Source: Eledone cirrhosa (Eukaryota). Taken from it: DNA of 64,000 nucleotides. The stretch is taken from positions 14,508,001 through 14,572,000 of the forward strand of contig OZ024761.1 in NCBI GenBank assembly GCA_964016885.1. The letters are read 5' to 3'. Below are positions 51,418 to 64,000 of this stretch, piece by piece; the first letter of the stretch is position 1; the number at the start of each line of letters is the position of its first letter. A program made the position numbers and the translations under genes. Under the pieces are notes generated by a model that was not told the DNA's origin, searched no databases, and was given only the letters and a program-made list of their open reading frames with translations.

Positions 51418-51792
51418 ATCATCATCATCATCGTTTAACGTCTATCTTCCACACTAGCATGGGTTAGATGGGAATTGTCCCACTTGAGGCAAGATTGGTC
51501 GAGTGACTGTGTCTCGCTCGTATAGGGCAATATCTGGCAGGGTTTTCTACGGCTGGATGCCCTTCCTAACACCAACCACACTTACAGTGTGGAGTGGGAG
51601 CCTTTTTACTGTGTCTCCTACACGACCACTTTACACCGTGGACTGGGTGCTTTTTGTTGTGACACCAACATGACCACTTTAGTGTAGACTGGATGTTCTG
51701 TGGTACCAACATAACTTTACAGAGAAAGGGTGGTGTGGGATGTATATTTGGTTAAGAGGTGCCTACTGACTGCAGGTTTAATTTTGTACGTA
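51418..51792 (-). mobile_element. RTE LINE complete 3' UTR (subfamily of the 9921 and 61045 copies)
   Basis: (ATC)n tail at 51418; matches 12480-12860 in reverse. Confidence 0.85.
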
Positions 51793-51902
51793 AGGGAAGG
51801 CAGCATAACTATGGAAAATAGTGCCTATGGCAAGCAGTGAAATTGCACCCCTGCCCAACACTGTATTTTTACCTATGGGCCTAATAATTTATATAAATGG
51901 TT

Positions 51903-52130
51903 TAAACCCTTTAATGTTCAAACCGGCCAAAACCGGCCAAAATTCTCTACCTCTTTCTGTTAAAACTGGCTGTAACTGGTCACTCAACCTGATGTTAAGG
52001 TATTGTTCTCAAAATAAATACTTTCAACATCTCATAGATTCGATATTATGTGAGATATTATGTGAGGTAAAGCCTTTACCATAAAAATATAATAGTATAT
52101 ATAGAGTAATGTGATTGGTAAAGGGCTAAT
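51903..52130. mobile_element. piggyBac-like MITE, empty of SINE
   Basis: taaaccctttaatgttcaaaccggcc ... gtaaagggctaa; homologous to 40616-41025. Confidence 0.65.
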
Positions 52131-52699
52131 GATCTAGCCACTATAGTGTTCTCACTCATGATAATCAAAGGCACATCATACATCTAAAGGAGATTCTCTT
52201 TTCACTCTCCAACGAGGCTTATTTGACTTTAATAGAACGTGCTCCTAGACCAAGTGGCGCCCATGCCACATGCCATGCTTGCTATACTTTAGTTACGCTT
52301 CTGTCCCCACCCCAACAGGTTTTACCCCTAATATCTGTCCAGCAATTCTTACCTGAGACATTCTAACCACATGCCCATACGATTGGAGCTGTGATCTCTC
52401 AATTCCGAAAGTAGCAGCTCTAACTGGAGTGACTCTCTGACAAAGCTGGCCCTTTAACCCTTTCATGACTGCATTTCTAATACACTCTAGTTTAATTAAT
52501 TAACGAAGAATTTCAAAATATTTACTAATTTATTCATTATTTCATTGCTAAGATAGTAACTTAATATAAGGTTCTTATATAAAATTATGTTGGAAGATTT
52601 TAACTTAAATTGGAAACCTTTGAAATAGGTGGTTTTATTTCATAGAACCAGAGCCAGTTTTGGAGGGGTTGGTAACTAAAGGGTTGAATTACAGGTATT

Positions 52700-52878
52700 C
52701 TCTCCGTATGCCACATTCTTTCGTCATCTCCTCTGTGAGTCTCAGCAATTTGAGGTCAACTCTCACCACCTTCACCCAAGTCCTTATTGATCTTCCTTCC
52801 ACTGGAACTTCCTGGCACTTCTCCAAATTATCATCATTCATGTGCATCATGTGTCTATACCAACACAGTCTTCTCTTT
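52700..52878 (-). mobile_element. Old RTE C-terminal fragment
   Basis: Minus strand KRRLCWYRHMMHMNDDN...TWVKVVRVDL resembles RRLRWYGHVMRM...KTWDE. Confidence 0.55.
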
Positions 52879-52944
52879 TAATTAATAATTTTAGGAAATC
52901 CCTCAAAATTCTTCATAAACTAATTGAAATAGAATGGGTTTGAG

Positions 52945-53226
52945 CAGGGGTCCCTAACCACCGGGCCGTGGATCATTTGCTACCAGGTCATAAAGAAATA
53001 ATTAACTTGTTTAAAATTATATAATAAATAAATTGAATATTGGACTTTAATTTAAAAAGATTTCTTTAAATAATCAATATTCATCTACTTTAATAAATTG
53101 CTCTTTATATTATTGCTCTCTTTGTTGAAAAGCACTTAAATAACAGATATGTGCAAATACCAGCCCACAGAAAGATTGTCCGGCATGAAGCCGGTTCATG
53201 GTATAAAAAAAGGTTAGAGACCACTG
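52945..53226. mobile_element. hAT (Charlie-like) MITE
   Basis: TIRs caggggtccctaacc / ggttagagaccactg; 8-bp TSD ggtttgag / ggttagag. Confidence 0.8.
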
Positions 53227-53529
53227 GGTTAGAGGGTTCCTATTTAACATAAAATTTCATAACAGATAACTAACAAATAGTTTCTCGCTCTACATGGCTG
53301 AATACAATAAATGCAATCTGAGTTTTTCAAATATTAATAATAATATTCAATTTGTTTGCAATTATGCAAACAACCTCTTTAAGCCATGTCAGTAGAATGA
53401 CCCCGTCATTCTTTCTCTTGTGTTGGCATGTAAACAGAATTTCATGTAAATCCCTCAAAATTCTTCACAAATAAATTGAAATATAGAGTATTCCATTAGG
53501 AATATAGTCATGGAAAGGGTTAATCCTTC

Positions 53530-53880
53530 AACAATAGCTGCACTCATTGACAGAGCGAGTGAGAGTGCAGCCTGCTTTCACTCACCACTCATCTCTCACC
53601 TCACACTCATCTCTCACCTCACACTCACGCCCATCAGCTGTCTCAACTGACCACAGATCCTCCCCTTCCTCCCACATGCGACAGCCCCAGGATGTGAGGT
53701 GAAGTACACTAAAAGGGTTTCACCTTTGCTGGCGGAAGTCCTGTGCCACAGAAATTCTGCCACCATCCAGCCCCACCCTCATGTCTCACCCCCTGCTGTT
53801 TAGGTGTGGTGACCTTTGCAATTAGTTGCTGTGGCAACAGAGTAATAATAATAATAAGCTTAAATTATGCTGACCTTTAA
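53530..53880. promoter_or_regulatory. Candidate cis-regulatory island
   Basis: Mostly non-repetitive, GC-richer block with an RFX X-box-like palindrome GTTGCTGTGGCAAC (53825-53838), ETS-like CGGAAGT, two TGACCTTT and an E-box CAGCTG; motif evidence only. Confidence 0.25.
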
Positions 53881-53919
53881 TAACAGTTTCGGATATAGAG
53901 GTGGATCATCTATCTATAG

Positions 53920-56558
53920 TTGATGGTGGTGGGTGGTGGTGGTGGTGATGGTGGTGGAGATGATGGTGTTGGTGGTGGTAGTGATGATGGTGTTGGTGGT
54001 GGCAGTGGGTGGTGGTGGTGGTAGTGGAGATGATGGTGTTGGTGGTTGGTCGTGGGTGGTGGTGATGGTGGTGGTAGTGGAGATGATGGTGTTGGTGGTT
54101 GGTCGTGGGTGGTGGTGGTGGTAGTGGAGATGATGGTGTTGGTGGTTGGTCGTGGGTGGTGGTGGTGGTGGTGGTAGTGGAGATGATGGTGTTGGTGGTT
54201 GGTCGTGGGTGGTGGTGATGATGGTGGTAGTGGAGATGATGGTGTTGGTGGTTGGTCGTGGGTGGTGGTGATGGTGGTGGTAGTGGAGATGATGGTGTTG
54301 GTGGTTGGTCGTGGGTGGTGGTGGTGGTAGTGGAGATGATGGTGTTGGTGGTTGGTCGTGGGTGGTGGTGGTGGTGGTGGTAGTGGAGATGATGGTGTTG
54401 GTGGTTGGTCGTGGGTGGTGGTGGTGGTGGTGGTAGTGGAGATGATGGTGTTGGTGGTTGGTCGTGGGTGGTGGTGATGGTGGTGGTAGTGGAGATGATG
54501 GTGGTGGTGGTGGTAGTGGGTGGTGGTGGTGGTAGTGGAGGCGGTAGTTGGTGGTGTGGTGGTGATGGTGGTATAGTTGATGGTTGGTAGTGGTTGGTCA
54601 TGGTTTGGTGGTAGTTAGTCGTGGGTGGTGATGGTGTTGGTAGTTGGTCATGATAGTGTTATTGGCGGTGGGGGTGGTTGTGGTAATAATGGTGATGGTG
54701 GTGGTCGTGTGGTGGTGGTGGTTGGTGGCGGTGTTATAGTTGGTTGTGGTGGAGGTGGTGGTCATTCTGGATGGTAGTAATGGTGGTGGTGGAGTTGTTG
54801 TTGTTGGTGGTGGTGGTTGTTGTTGGTGGTGGTGGTGGTGGTGGTGGTGGTGGTGGTGGTGGTGGTAATGGTAGCGGTGGTGGTGGTAGCAGTGTTGGTG
54901 GTGGTGTTGTTGTTTCCTTGTGGTAGTGGTGGTGGTGATCGTAGTGGTGGTGTTTTTGGTGGTAATGGTAGAGGTGGTGGAGGCAGCAGTGTTGGTGGTG
55001 GTGTTGTGGTTTCCTTGTGGTAGTGGTAGTGGTGGTGGTGATGGTAGTGGTGGTGTTTTTGGTGGTAATGGTAGAGGTGGTGGTGGTGGCAGCAGTGTTG
55101 GTGGTGGTAGTGGTGGTGGTGATGGTAGTGGTGGTGTTTTTGGTGGTAATGGGAGAGGTGGTGGTGGCAGCAGTGTTGGTGGTGGTAGTAGTGGTGGTGG
55201 TGATGGTAGTGGTGGTGTTTTGGGTGGTAATGGTAGAGGTGGTGGAGGCAGCAGTGTTGGTGGTGGTGGTAGTGTTGGTGGTGGTGGTAGTGATGGTAGT
55301 GGTGGTGTTGGTGGTAATTGTGGTGCATGTGTGCATATGAGAGAGATATGTGTGTATGCATGTATGTGAGAGTGAGAGAGAGAGAATCTGTGTGTGTATG
55401 TGCGTAAGGAGAGAGAGAGATTGTAAATGCATGTGTGTGTGTATGTATGTTTGATGAGTTCGTTCATGTGTATAATAGAGAAAGAATGTGTGTGTGAGAG
55501 AGAGAGAGAGAGAGAAAGAGAGAAATATAATGCATGTATGTGTGTGTGAAACAGAGGTTGCATATGTGAGAGTGTATGTGTGTATATGTATGTGTGCATG
55601 TGAGAGTGTATGTGTGTATATGTATGTGTGTATATGAATGTGTGTATATGCATGTGTATATGAATGTGTGTATATGAATGTGTGTATATGCATGTGTATA
55701 TGAATGTGTGTATATGTATGTGTGTCTATGTATGTGTGTATATGCATGTGTGTATATGCATGTGTGTATATGTATGTGTGTATATGTATGTGTGTATATG
55801 TATGTGTATATGAATGTGTGTATATGTATGTGTATATGCATGTGTGTATATGCATGTGTGTATATGCATGTGTGTATATGTATGTGTGTATATGTATGCA
55901 TGTGTGTATATGTATGTGTGTATATGTATGTGTGTATATACATGTGTGTATATGTATGTGTGTATATGTATGTGTGTATATGCATGTGTATATGAATGTG
56001 TGTATATGTATGTGTGTATATGTATGTGTGTATATGCATGTGTGTATATGTATGTGTGTATATGCATGTGTGTATATGTATGTGTGTATATGTATGTGTG
56101 TATATGTATGCATGTTAGAGAGAGAGACTACATGTAGGTGTGTGCATGTGTACATGAGAGAGAGCACATGTATGTGGGTATATGTATGTGTGTATGTGTT
56201 TGTGTATAATAATAAATATATGCATGTGTGTATGTATATATACATGTGTATGAGTGTCTGTATATGTGTGTGTATGTGTGTGTGTATATGTGTGTGTGTA
56301 TGTATACACACACACATATACATATATGTGTGTCTGTATATGTGTGTGTATGTGTGTCTGTATATGTGTGTGTGTATGTATACACACACATACACGTGTG
56401 TCTGTAGGAGCCTCATCTAGGCAGTTAATGTTAGTGTTGACATGAAAGATGCAAGAGAGTGTGTGTGTATATATACATATATATACATATATATAAATAT
56501 ATATGTATGTTTATATATATATATATATATATATATACATACACACATACATATATAT

Positions 56559-56592
<34 letters not shown>

Positions 56593-56868
56593 TTATATAT
56601 ATATATATATACACATACATATATACACATACATATATATATATATATACACATACATATATATATATATACATACATATATTTGCGTATGTACATATAC
56701 ACACATATATATATATATATGTTTATATACACACACATATTTATATATATATATATATATAGACACACATATATACACATACATATATATATATATACAT
56801 ACATATATTTACATATGTATGCATTTATATATATAATTATATATATATATATTATTATTATACTTATA

Positions 56869-56941
<73 letters not shown>

Positions 56942-57284
56942 TGTGAGTGTATGTGCATGTGTGTATCTGTGTGTGTGCATGCATGCATGTATATGTGGGA
57001 ATATGTATATGTATACATTTATGTGTATATATATGCGGGTTATATGTATGTGTATACATTTATGTGTATATATATGTGGGTTATATGTATGTGTATACAT
57101 TTATGTGTATATATATATGTGGGTTATATGTATGTGTATACATTTATGTGTAGAAATCGCATCTCCCAGACAGTTGAGGTCAGTGTTGAAATGAAAGATG
57201 TGAGGTCCCAGGTTAAGTTTAATGTTCAGCAACACCAAAAATAGACCCAATATTTGGTATGGTTTACTTCCTTGGTCATCATTA

Positions 57285-57326
<42 letters not shown>

Positions 57327-57333
57327 TGTGTGT

Positions 57334-57384
<51 letters not shown>

Positions 57385-57457
57385 CGTGTATGTGTATATG
57401 TATGGTTATATGTATGTATAGATAGATATATATGTATGTGTGTTTATGTATATATGC

Positions 57458-57512
<55 letters not shown>

Positions 57513-57730
57513 TATATATACATACATTATATAGATATATATGTATGTATGTTTATATATATATATATATATACACACACACATATATATATATATATAC
57601 ATATAAATATATATATATATATATACATTATATAGATATATATGTATGTACGTTTATATATATAGGTATGTACATTTATATATATACATATATATATATA
57701 GACACACACATATATACATATATATAAATA

Positions 57731-57776
<46 letters not shown>

Positions 57777-58147
57777 TATAGCAATTGACTGTTATTCCAG
57801 TTATTTTCCACGTTTGGGATTCCTGCTTTTTCAAAAGTATACATGTGTGTATGTGTATGTGTGAATGTGTATGTGATGTATGTGTGCGTATATGTCTGAG
57901 TGATGTATATGTGTATGTGCGTGTGTGTGTGTATGTATGTATATATATATACACAAACACACACATTCATACAAAGAGCCATTGCTAGTTACTGAGCCAT
58001 CATTAAGTGGTTTGTTCTATTAGTTTACTACCGAGATGATCAAACAAAACTACTCATACACACATACATATATGCACATATACACTCACATGTCTACATT
58101 CATAGCATACATACATACATAAACACATATGTCTGTGTTTGTGTGAG

Positions 58148-58187
<40 letters not shown>

Positions 58188-58203
58188 TTATATATATATA
58201 TAT

Positions 58204-58235
<32 letters not shown>

Positions 58236-58387
58236 ATATATATTATATATATATATATTATATACATATATATTATATATATATATATTATATATTATAT
58301 ACATATATATTATATATATTTATATATTATATATATATATATATTATATATATATATATTATATACATTATATATATTATATATATT

Positions 58388-58432
<45 letters not shown>

Positions 58433-58434
58433 AC

Positions 58435-58477
<43 letters not shown>

Positions 58478-58524
58478 ATATATATATAAATATTATATAT
58501 ATATATTATATATTATATACATTA

Positions 58525-58575
<51 letters not shown>

Positions 58576-58607
58576 TTATATATATATATTATATATTATA
58601 TACATTA

Positions 58608-58657
<50 letters not shown>
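53920..58657. repeat. (GGT)n minisatellite (53920-55320) followed by (TG/TA)n compound microsatellites
   Basis: ggtagtggagatgatggtgttggtggttggtcgtggg units, then tgtgtatatg units and long AT tracts. Confidence 0.9.
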
Positions 58658-58662
<5 letters not shown>

Positions 58663-59373
58663 AACAGCGATGTTGCATGGTAGTGAGACCTGGGCGCTGA
58701 AGGTGGAAGACTTTCGTAGATTAGAGAGAAACGAAGCCTGCATGCTCCGATGGATGTGTAATAGTAATATACACGAACGACAAAGCATAAATGAATTGAG
58801 AGAGAGACTGAGCATAAGAGGAATCAAATGCTGTGTGCAGGAGAGGCGGTTGCGTTGGTATGGACATGTGATGCGTATGAAGGATGACAGCTGCATAAAA
58901 AGGTGCAGAGCACTAGAAGTCGATGGAAACTGCGGAGTGGGGAGACCCAAGATGACCTGGGATGAGGTGATAAAAGCCGACCTTACCCAATTACACCTCT
59001 CAAAGGCGATGACACACGACCGTGACCTCTGGCGTCACGCAGTAATACAGAGTACCCGACCTCCCATGGGTACAAGGTGAAACATATAGACAATATGCCC
59101 CCACACCCCCCACTGCAAGGTGGTCGTGGAGGTGCCACGGCAAAAAAGCACCCAGCCCACACTGTAAAGTGGACATGGAGGCGCCACGAAAAAGCACCCA
59201 GCACTAACTGTAAATGAGATTGGTGTTAGGAAGGGAATCCAGCTGTAGAAATCAAGCCAAATCAGTTCCCATATGAGCAAGGCATGGTCAGCCGACCAGA
59301 CACTGCCCACAACAGGTCAACCCGTCTAACCCATGCTAGCGTGGAAGAACGGACGTAAAACGGTGATGATGAT
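58658..59373 (+). mobile_element. RTE LINE, heavily 5'-truncated, distinct subfamily
   Basis: ORF 58670-59080 MLHGSETWAL...RRLRWYGHVMRM...GRPKMTW; UTR and (GAT)n tail; (TA)n on both flanks. Confidence 0.9.
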
Positions 59374-59591
59374 ATATATTTATATATATATATTTATATA
59401 TATATATTTATATATATATATTATATATTATATACATATATATTATATATATATATTATATATTATATACATATATATTATATATATATATTATATATAT
59501 ATATATATATTATATACATATATATTATATATATTATATACATATATATTATATATATTATATATTACATATATATATATTATATATATAT

Positions 59592-59745
59592 AATTATTGG
59601 GAGATATTGACAGTGAAAAAAGGTACTCAATACGTTGGTAGAGTATAGGTATATTTTTTTAATATATTGAAATTACTTCTACAGGACTAGAACTGTTTCA
59701 TTTGTAAGAAATCATCAGGAAAGCTTTGGTTTCCTGATGATTTAA
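59592..59745 (-). mobile_element. Family C Penelope-like remnant with hammerhead-like motif (59681-59718)
   Basis: Minus strand CTGATGA-tttcttacaaat-GAAA-cagttctag-TC-ctgt then actctaccaacgtattgagtacc; short inversion at 59710-59743; relatives at 30770-30890, 43455-43568 and 60930-61020. Confidence 0.5.
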
Positions 59746-59834
59746 ATATAAGAATGATTTAAATATAAGAATTGCTTTATCTCAATAATATTGCGTGCGG
59801 TGTGTGTGTGTGTATATATACATATATGTATGAA

Positions 59835-60107
59835 TCTAAAGTCTAAAGTCTGTCTTAATCCAGAAAGCTTATTTGGCGAGTGCTTATCCCTGTTTTATGG
59901 CGTGAAGTGACTGAGAGTACAAGACTCGCCCCTGGATAGGACGCCAGTCCATCACAGGGTTAAACCCCCAGCTATTGCTGGAACTCATTTTCAGCTGAGT
60001 ATACTGGAGCAACGTGAAATGAAGTGTTTTGCTCAAGAACACAACACGCAACCCACAACATTATGATCATAAGTCCAACATCCTTACCACTAGGCCACAT
60101 GCCTCCA
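59835..60107 (-). mobile_element. SINE family 2, full length
   Basis: Reverse complement of 30488-30766. Confidence 0.8.
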
Positions 60108-60296
60108 CACATATATATATATATACACATACATATATTCATATATATATATATATATACACATACATATATTCATATATATATATATATATTCATATAT
60201 ATATATATACACATACATATATTCATATATATATATATACACATATATATATATATTCACATATATATATATATATATTCATATATATATATACAT

Positions 60297-60568
60297 AATG
60301 AAGGAAGTGTGGTAAGGAACCAGGTGGACCATAACGTACCAGAGTACTCAATACTTTGGGTAGTAGAGTCGGTAATAGGAAAAGAGTCAAGACCCCAACA
60401 GATAGCTAGTTCTGAACTAATGTAGTTCAGAACTACCTGTCGAAACGGCTGGAGCTCAGCTGTCGGGGTCCTGACACTTTTCCTACATATACATAACCAC
60501 AACTATTATAAACACCTTGCATATTTCTATAGGTACCTAGTGCCTGTTGGAATATCCATACCCTTTTA

Positions 60569-60610
<42 letters not shown>

Positions 60611-60804
60611 CGAAGGAGTTGTGGTAAGGAACCAGGTGGACCATAACGCACCAGAGTACTCAATACTTAGGGTAGTAGAGTGGGTAATAGGAGAAAGTAT
60701 GACCCCGACGGCAGAATTCAAGCCATTTCGACGGCTCTTTCTGGACTCCAGAAATAGCCATCGTAATGGCTTGAGTTCTGCCGTCGGGGTCATACTTTCT
60801 CCTA
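60297..60804. mobile_element. Two family A elements (60297-60484 and 60609-60804), each ending in a long hairpin
   Basis: About 80-bp arm plus palindrome; 60688-60804 is a near-perfect ~115-bp palindrome. Confidence 0.8.
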
Positions 60805-61044
60805 TATATATATATATAGATTGACTTTGTTAGTTTCAGAAGATCCCGTTAAGGGTGAAAGCAGCGATTCTTTGCTTAAACTTTAATCTGTTATTTTAAT
60901 AAATATATATATATATATATATAGGTAAGTTATTCCGGGTTGAATAGGTGGTAACCACAGATTCCTGATGATTTCTAAAGTATGAAACAGTTCTAGTCCT
61001 GTATAATCTCATCTATATTAAAACTATATATATATATATATATA

Positions 61045-62880
61045 GGAGACGCCCTAGATAGGAGTAACTATAGAGGCATTAAATTAATCGACCAGGTCAT
61101 GAAGGTCACGGAAAGAGTAATAGCGCAACTAATCAGAGAGAGAATTGACCTAGATGAAATGCAGTTCGGGTTTGTGTCAGGCAAAAGTACCACAGACGCT
61201 CTTTTCATAGTACGACAACTACAAGAGAAGTACCTAGCTAAAGGTAAACCCCTCTACTTAGCTTTTGTCGACTTGGAGAAAGCCTTCGACAGAGTCCCCC
61301 GCTCCATTATCTGGTGGGCTCTTAGAAAACTAGGCGTTGACGAATGGCTTGTGAGGGCTATACAAGCCATGTATAAAGAAACAGTCAGCAAGGTTAGAAT
61401 TAACAACGAATATAGTGAAGAGTTTAGCGTAAAAGTCGGCGTCCATCAGGGCTCTGTTCTCAGTCCACTACTATTTATTATTGCCCTTCAGGCCATAACA
61501 GAGGAGTTCAAGACAGGCTGCCCATGGGAACTCCTATACGCAGACGACCTGACACTCATAGCGGAATCAATGGCCGAGCTAGAGAAGAAATTCCAAACAT
61601 GGAAGCACGGCCTAAAAGGACTTAAAATTAACCTGGCTAAGACCAAAGTACTAGTTTGTAGGAAAGAAAACAAGGCGGCGGTCCCTTCTGGGAAATGGTC
61701 GTGCTCGGTGTGTAGGAAAGGCGTAGGTAGAAACTCCATTTTATGTCCTAAATGCAAAGTATGGGTGCATAAAAGATGTAGTGGGATCACAGGTAGGCTA
61801 ACTAAGAACATAGATTTTACATGTGGCCGGTGCTCTGGTGCAATAAGTAGCAGCAAGTGCCCACAAACTACTAGCTCTTTCAATTGCGCAGAGGGTTCTA
61901 TAGAAATAGTGGACAGCTTCCGTTACCTGGGCGATAAAATCAGCAGTGGGGGAGGGTGCTCTGAAAGTACTGTAGCTAGAGTCAGAACTGGTTGGAAAAA
62001 GTTCAGAGAGCTTATACCACTATTAGCTGCTAAAGGGTTCTCACTAAAAATGAAAGGCAGGTTGTACGATGCCTGCATACGAACAGCAATGCTGCATGGC
62101 AGTGAGACCTGGGCATTGTGTGCAGAGGATATACGCAGACTAGAGAGGAACGAAGCTTGCATGCTCCGCTGGATGTGTAACAGTAATATACGTGAACGGC
62201 AAAGCATAAACGAACTAAGGAATAAATTAGAGATAAGAGGGATCAGATGTCGTTTACTCGAGAGAAGACTACGTTGGTATGGACACGTGATGCGCATGAA
62301 AGTCGATAGCTGTATAACAAAGTGCAGGGCAATAAAGATAGACGGTAGTCACGGAATAGGCAGACCTAGAAAAACCTGGGACGAGCTGATAAACTCCGAC
62401 ATCACACACTTACACCTCTCCAAGACAATGTCACTGGACCGAGACCTTTGGCGGTACTCAGTAACAGAGAAGACCCGCCTTACCTAAATATATAGTAAAA
62501 CCTACTCCAGCCAGTAGGCATCTCTAACAAAATACACCCCGTCCCACCACCCCCACCCGATCCACACCACCCCGTTCTATGTAAAGTTATGTTGGTGCCG
62601 CGCCATCGAGGCCGAAACAAATGAGATCGTGTAGGTGTCACGACAAAAAAACACACAGTCCACGCTGTAATGTGGCCGTGTAGGCAACACGGTAAAAACC
62701 TCCCAGACCCACACTGTAAATGTGGTTGGTGTTAGGAAGGGCATCCAACTGTAGAAAACCTGCCAGACAGTCCTATGCGAGCAAGACAATCACTCTTGCC
62801 TCAAGTGGGACTACCCCCGTCCAAACCCATGCAAGCGTGGAACACGGACGTTAAACGTTGATGATGATGATGATGATGAT
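61045..62880 (+). mobile_element. RTE-clade LINE, 5'-truncated inside RT
   Basis: Begins GDALDRSNYRG after (TA)n; same family as 9921-12860; (GAT)n tail. Confidence 0.95.
61099..62487 (+). pseudogene. RTE RT ORF (462 aa, open to the natural stop) with PHD finger
   Basis: FVDLEKAFD, GVHQGSVLSP, LLYADD, C4HC3 insert, FRYLG, RRLRWYGHV; lacks the endonuclease. Confidence 0.9.
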
Positions 62881-63118
62881 GTAGACTCCATTACACACAC
62901 TATATTTATTATACAGATATAACTTTATCTCTATAAGTGTGTGTGTGTATGTATAGCTAGCTGTGTATATATATATGTATACATAGCTGCGTGTATACAT
63001 CAATCTATATTCTATTGATCCACAGATGTAACTGTATATATAGCTTTAGAAATAATATGAATGAAGGCACACAGACAGACAGTGAGTGGTGGAGTCAAGA
63101 GCTTTCACCTTCATTCAG

Positions 63119-63178
<60 letters not shown>

Positions 63179-63503
63179 AGTATATATATATTATATAAAT
63201 AAATATATATATTTTATATATAAATATATGTATATATATATATATATTATATATATAAATATATATATATTATATTTTATGATATTTATATATATATATA
63301 TATATATATGTGTGTCGTGTGTGTATGTATTTATATATATGTATATAAATAAATATATATACACACACACACATGTATACATATATATGTGTGTGTGTGT
63401 GTGTGGAGATGTTAGTAGTTTAACCACTACTAAGTCCATTATTTAACTCGATACTGTAACTATAGTAGTGTTAATAGTATTTATTACATGTAAACCTGAT
63501 GGT

Positions 63504-63622
<119 letters not shown>

Positions 63623-64000
63623 TGTATGTATATATATATATATACACATATATATATGTATGTGTATGTATATATATATATATATATATATCTCGTTTCT
63701 GAATATGTTTAACAAGATTCTTTATCTGAAAATATTGTTATGCTTTGGGAGGGTCATGTTGCCAATAAGAAACACACGCACCAGTTGCTTTCACTCCAAT
63801 TTTCACATAAATTTAAGAATTTATAAATTTCCGGTTGGTTGGTTGGTTCCATAACCGAACGGTTGTTCATATATTGTGAAAGTTCTTTCGTCACACATTC
63901 TGTGACCTCTTCAGTGACTGGGGATTCTTTTCTTTGTTTTTGTGCCTCTCCTTTGTTCTGTCCTACGTCATCTTGTTTTTGGTGTAGGACAGAACAAAGG

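Noticed and set aside
63875-63920. Hammerhead on the minus strand (CTGAAGA-ggtcaca...tgtgac-GAAA)
   Set aside because: Core and stem II are present but stem I cannot form; at best a truncated remnant.

Overview
A 64-kb eukaryotic (animal) intronic/intergenic window. It is dominated by (TA)n, (CA)n, (GA)n, (GATA)n and (CAC/CAA)n microsatellites and by nested transposable elements. The repeat repertoire looks like an octopus (coleoid cephalopod) genome; this is an inference. Almost all ORFs in the supplied track are simple-repeat artefacts. Supported content: three large 5'-truncated RTE-clade LINE copies, two of which retain an RT carrying an inserted C4HC3 PHD finger, plus many RTE 3' ends with (GAT)n tails. 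There is a cluster of Tx1/L1-like 3' ends, all sitting in (GATA)n, and a Vingi/Ingi-like 3' end. DNA elements include an internally deleted Tc1/mariner (DD37D-like) element, a 77-bp Tc1 micro-MITE, and hAT and piggyBac-like MITEs. At least three tRNA-derived SINE families are present. Two convincing host exons were found: a + strand terminal exon ending SCC-stop (Rab-like prenylation tail) and a - strand 114-nt internal exon. The most striking hidden layer is a set of short fold-back elements inserted in (TA)n. They carry minimal type I hammerhead ribozyme motifs from several unrelated families (canonical cores, a U3-A8 covariant core and a U4C core), consistent with Penelope-like pLTR remnants. 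One 7-copy tandem array of a degenerate hammerhead-like unit also occurs. All RNA folds were done by eye and no ribozyme activity is demonstrated.
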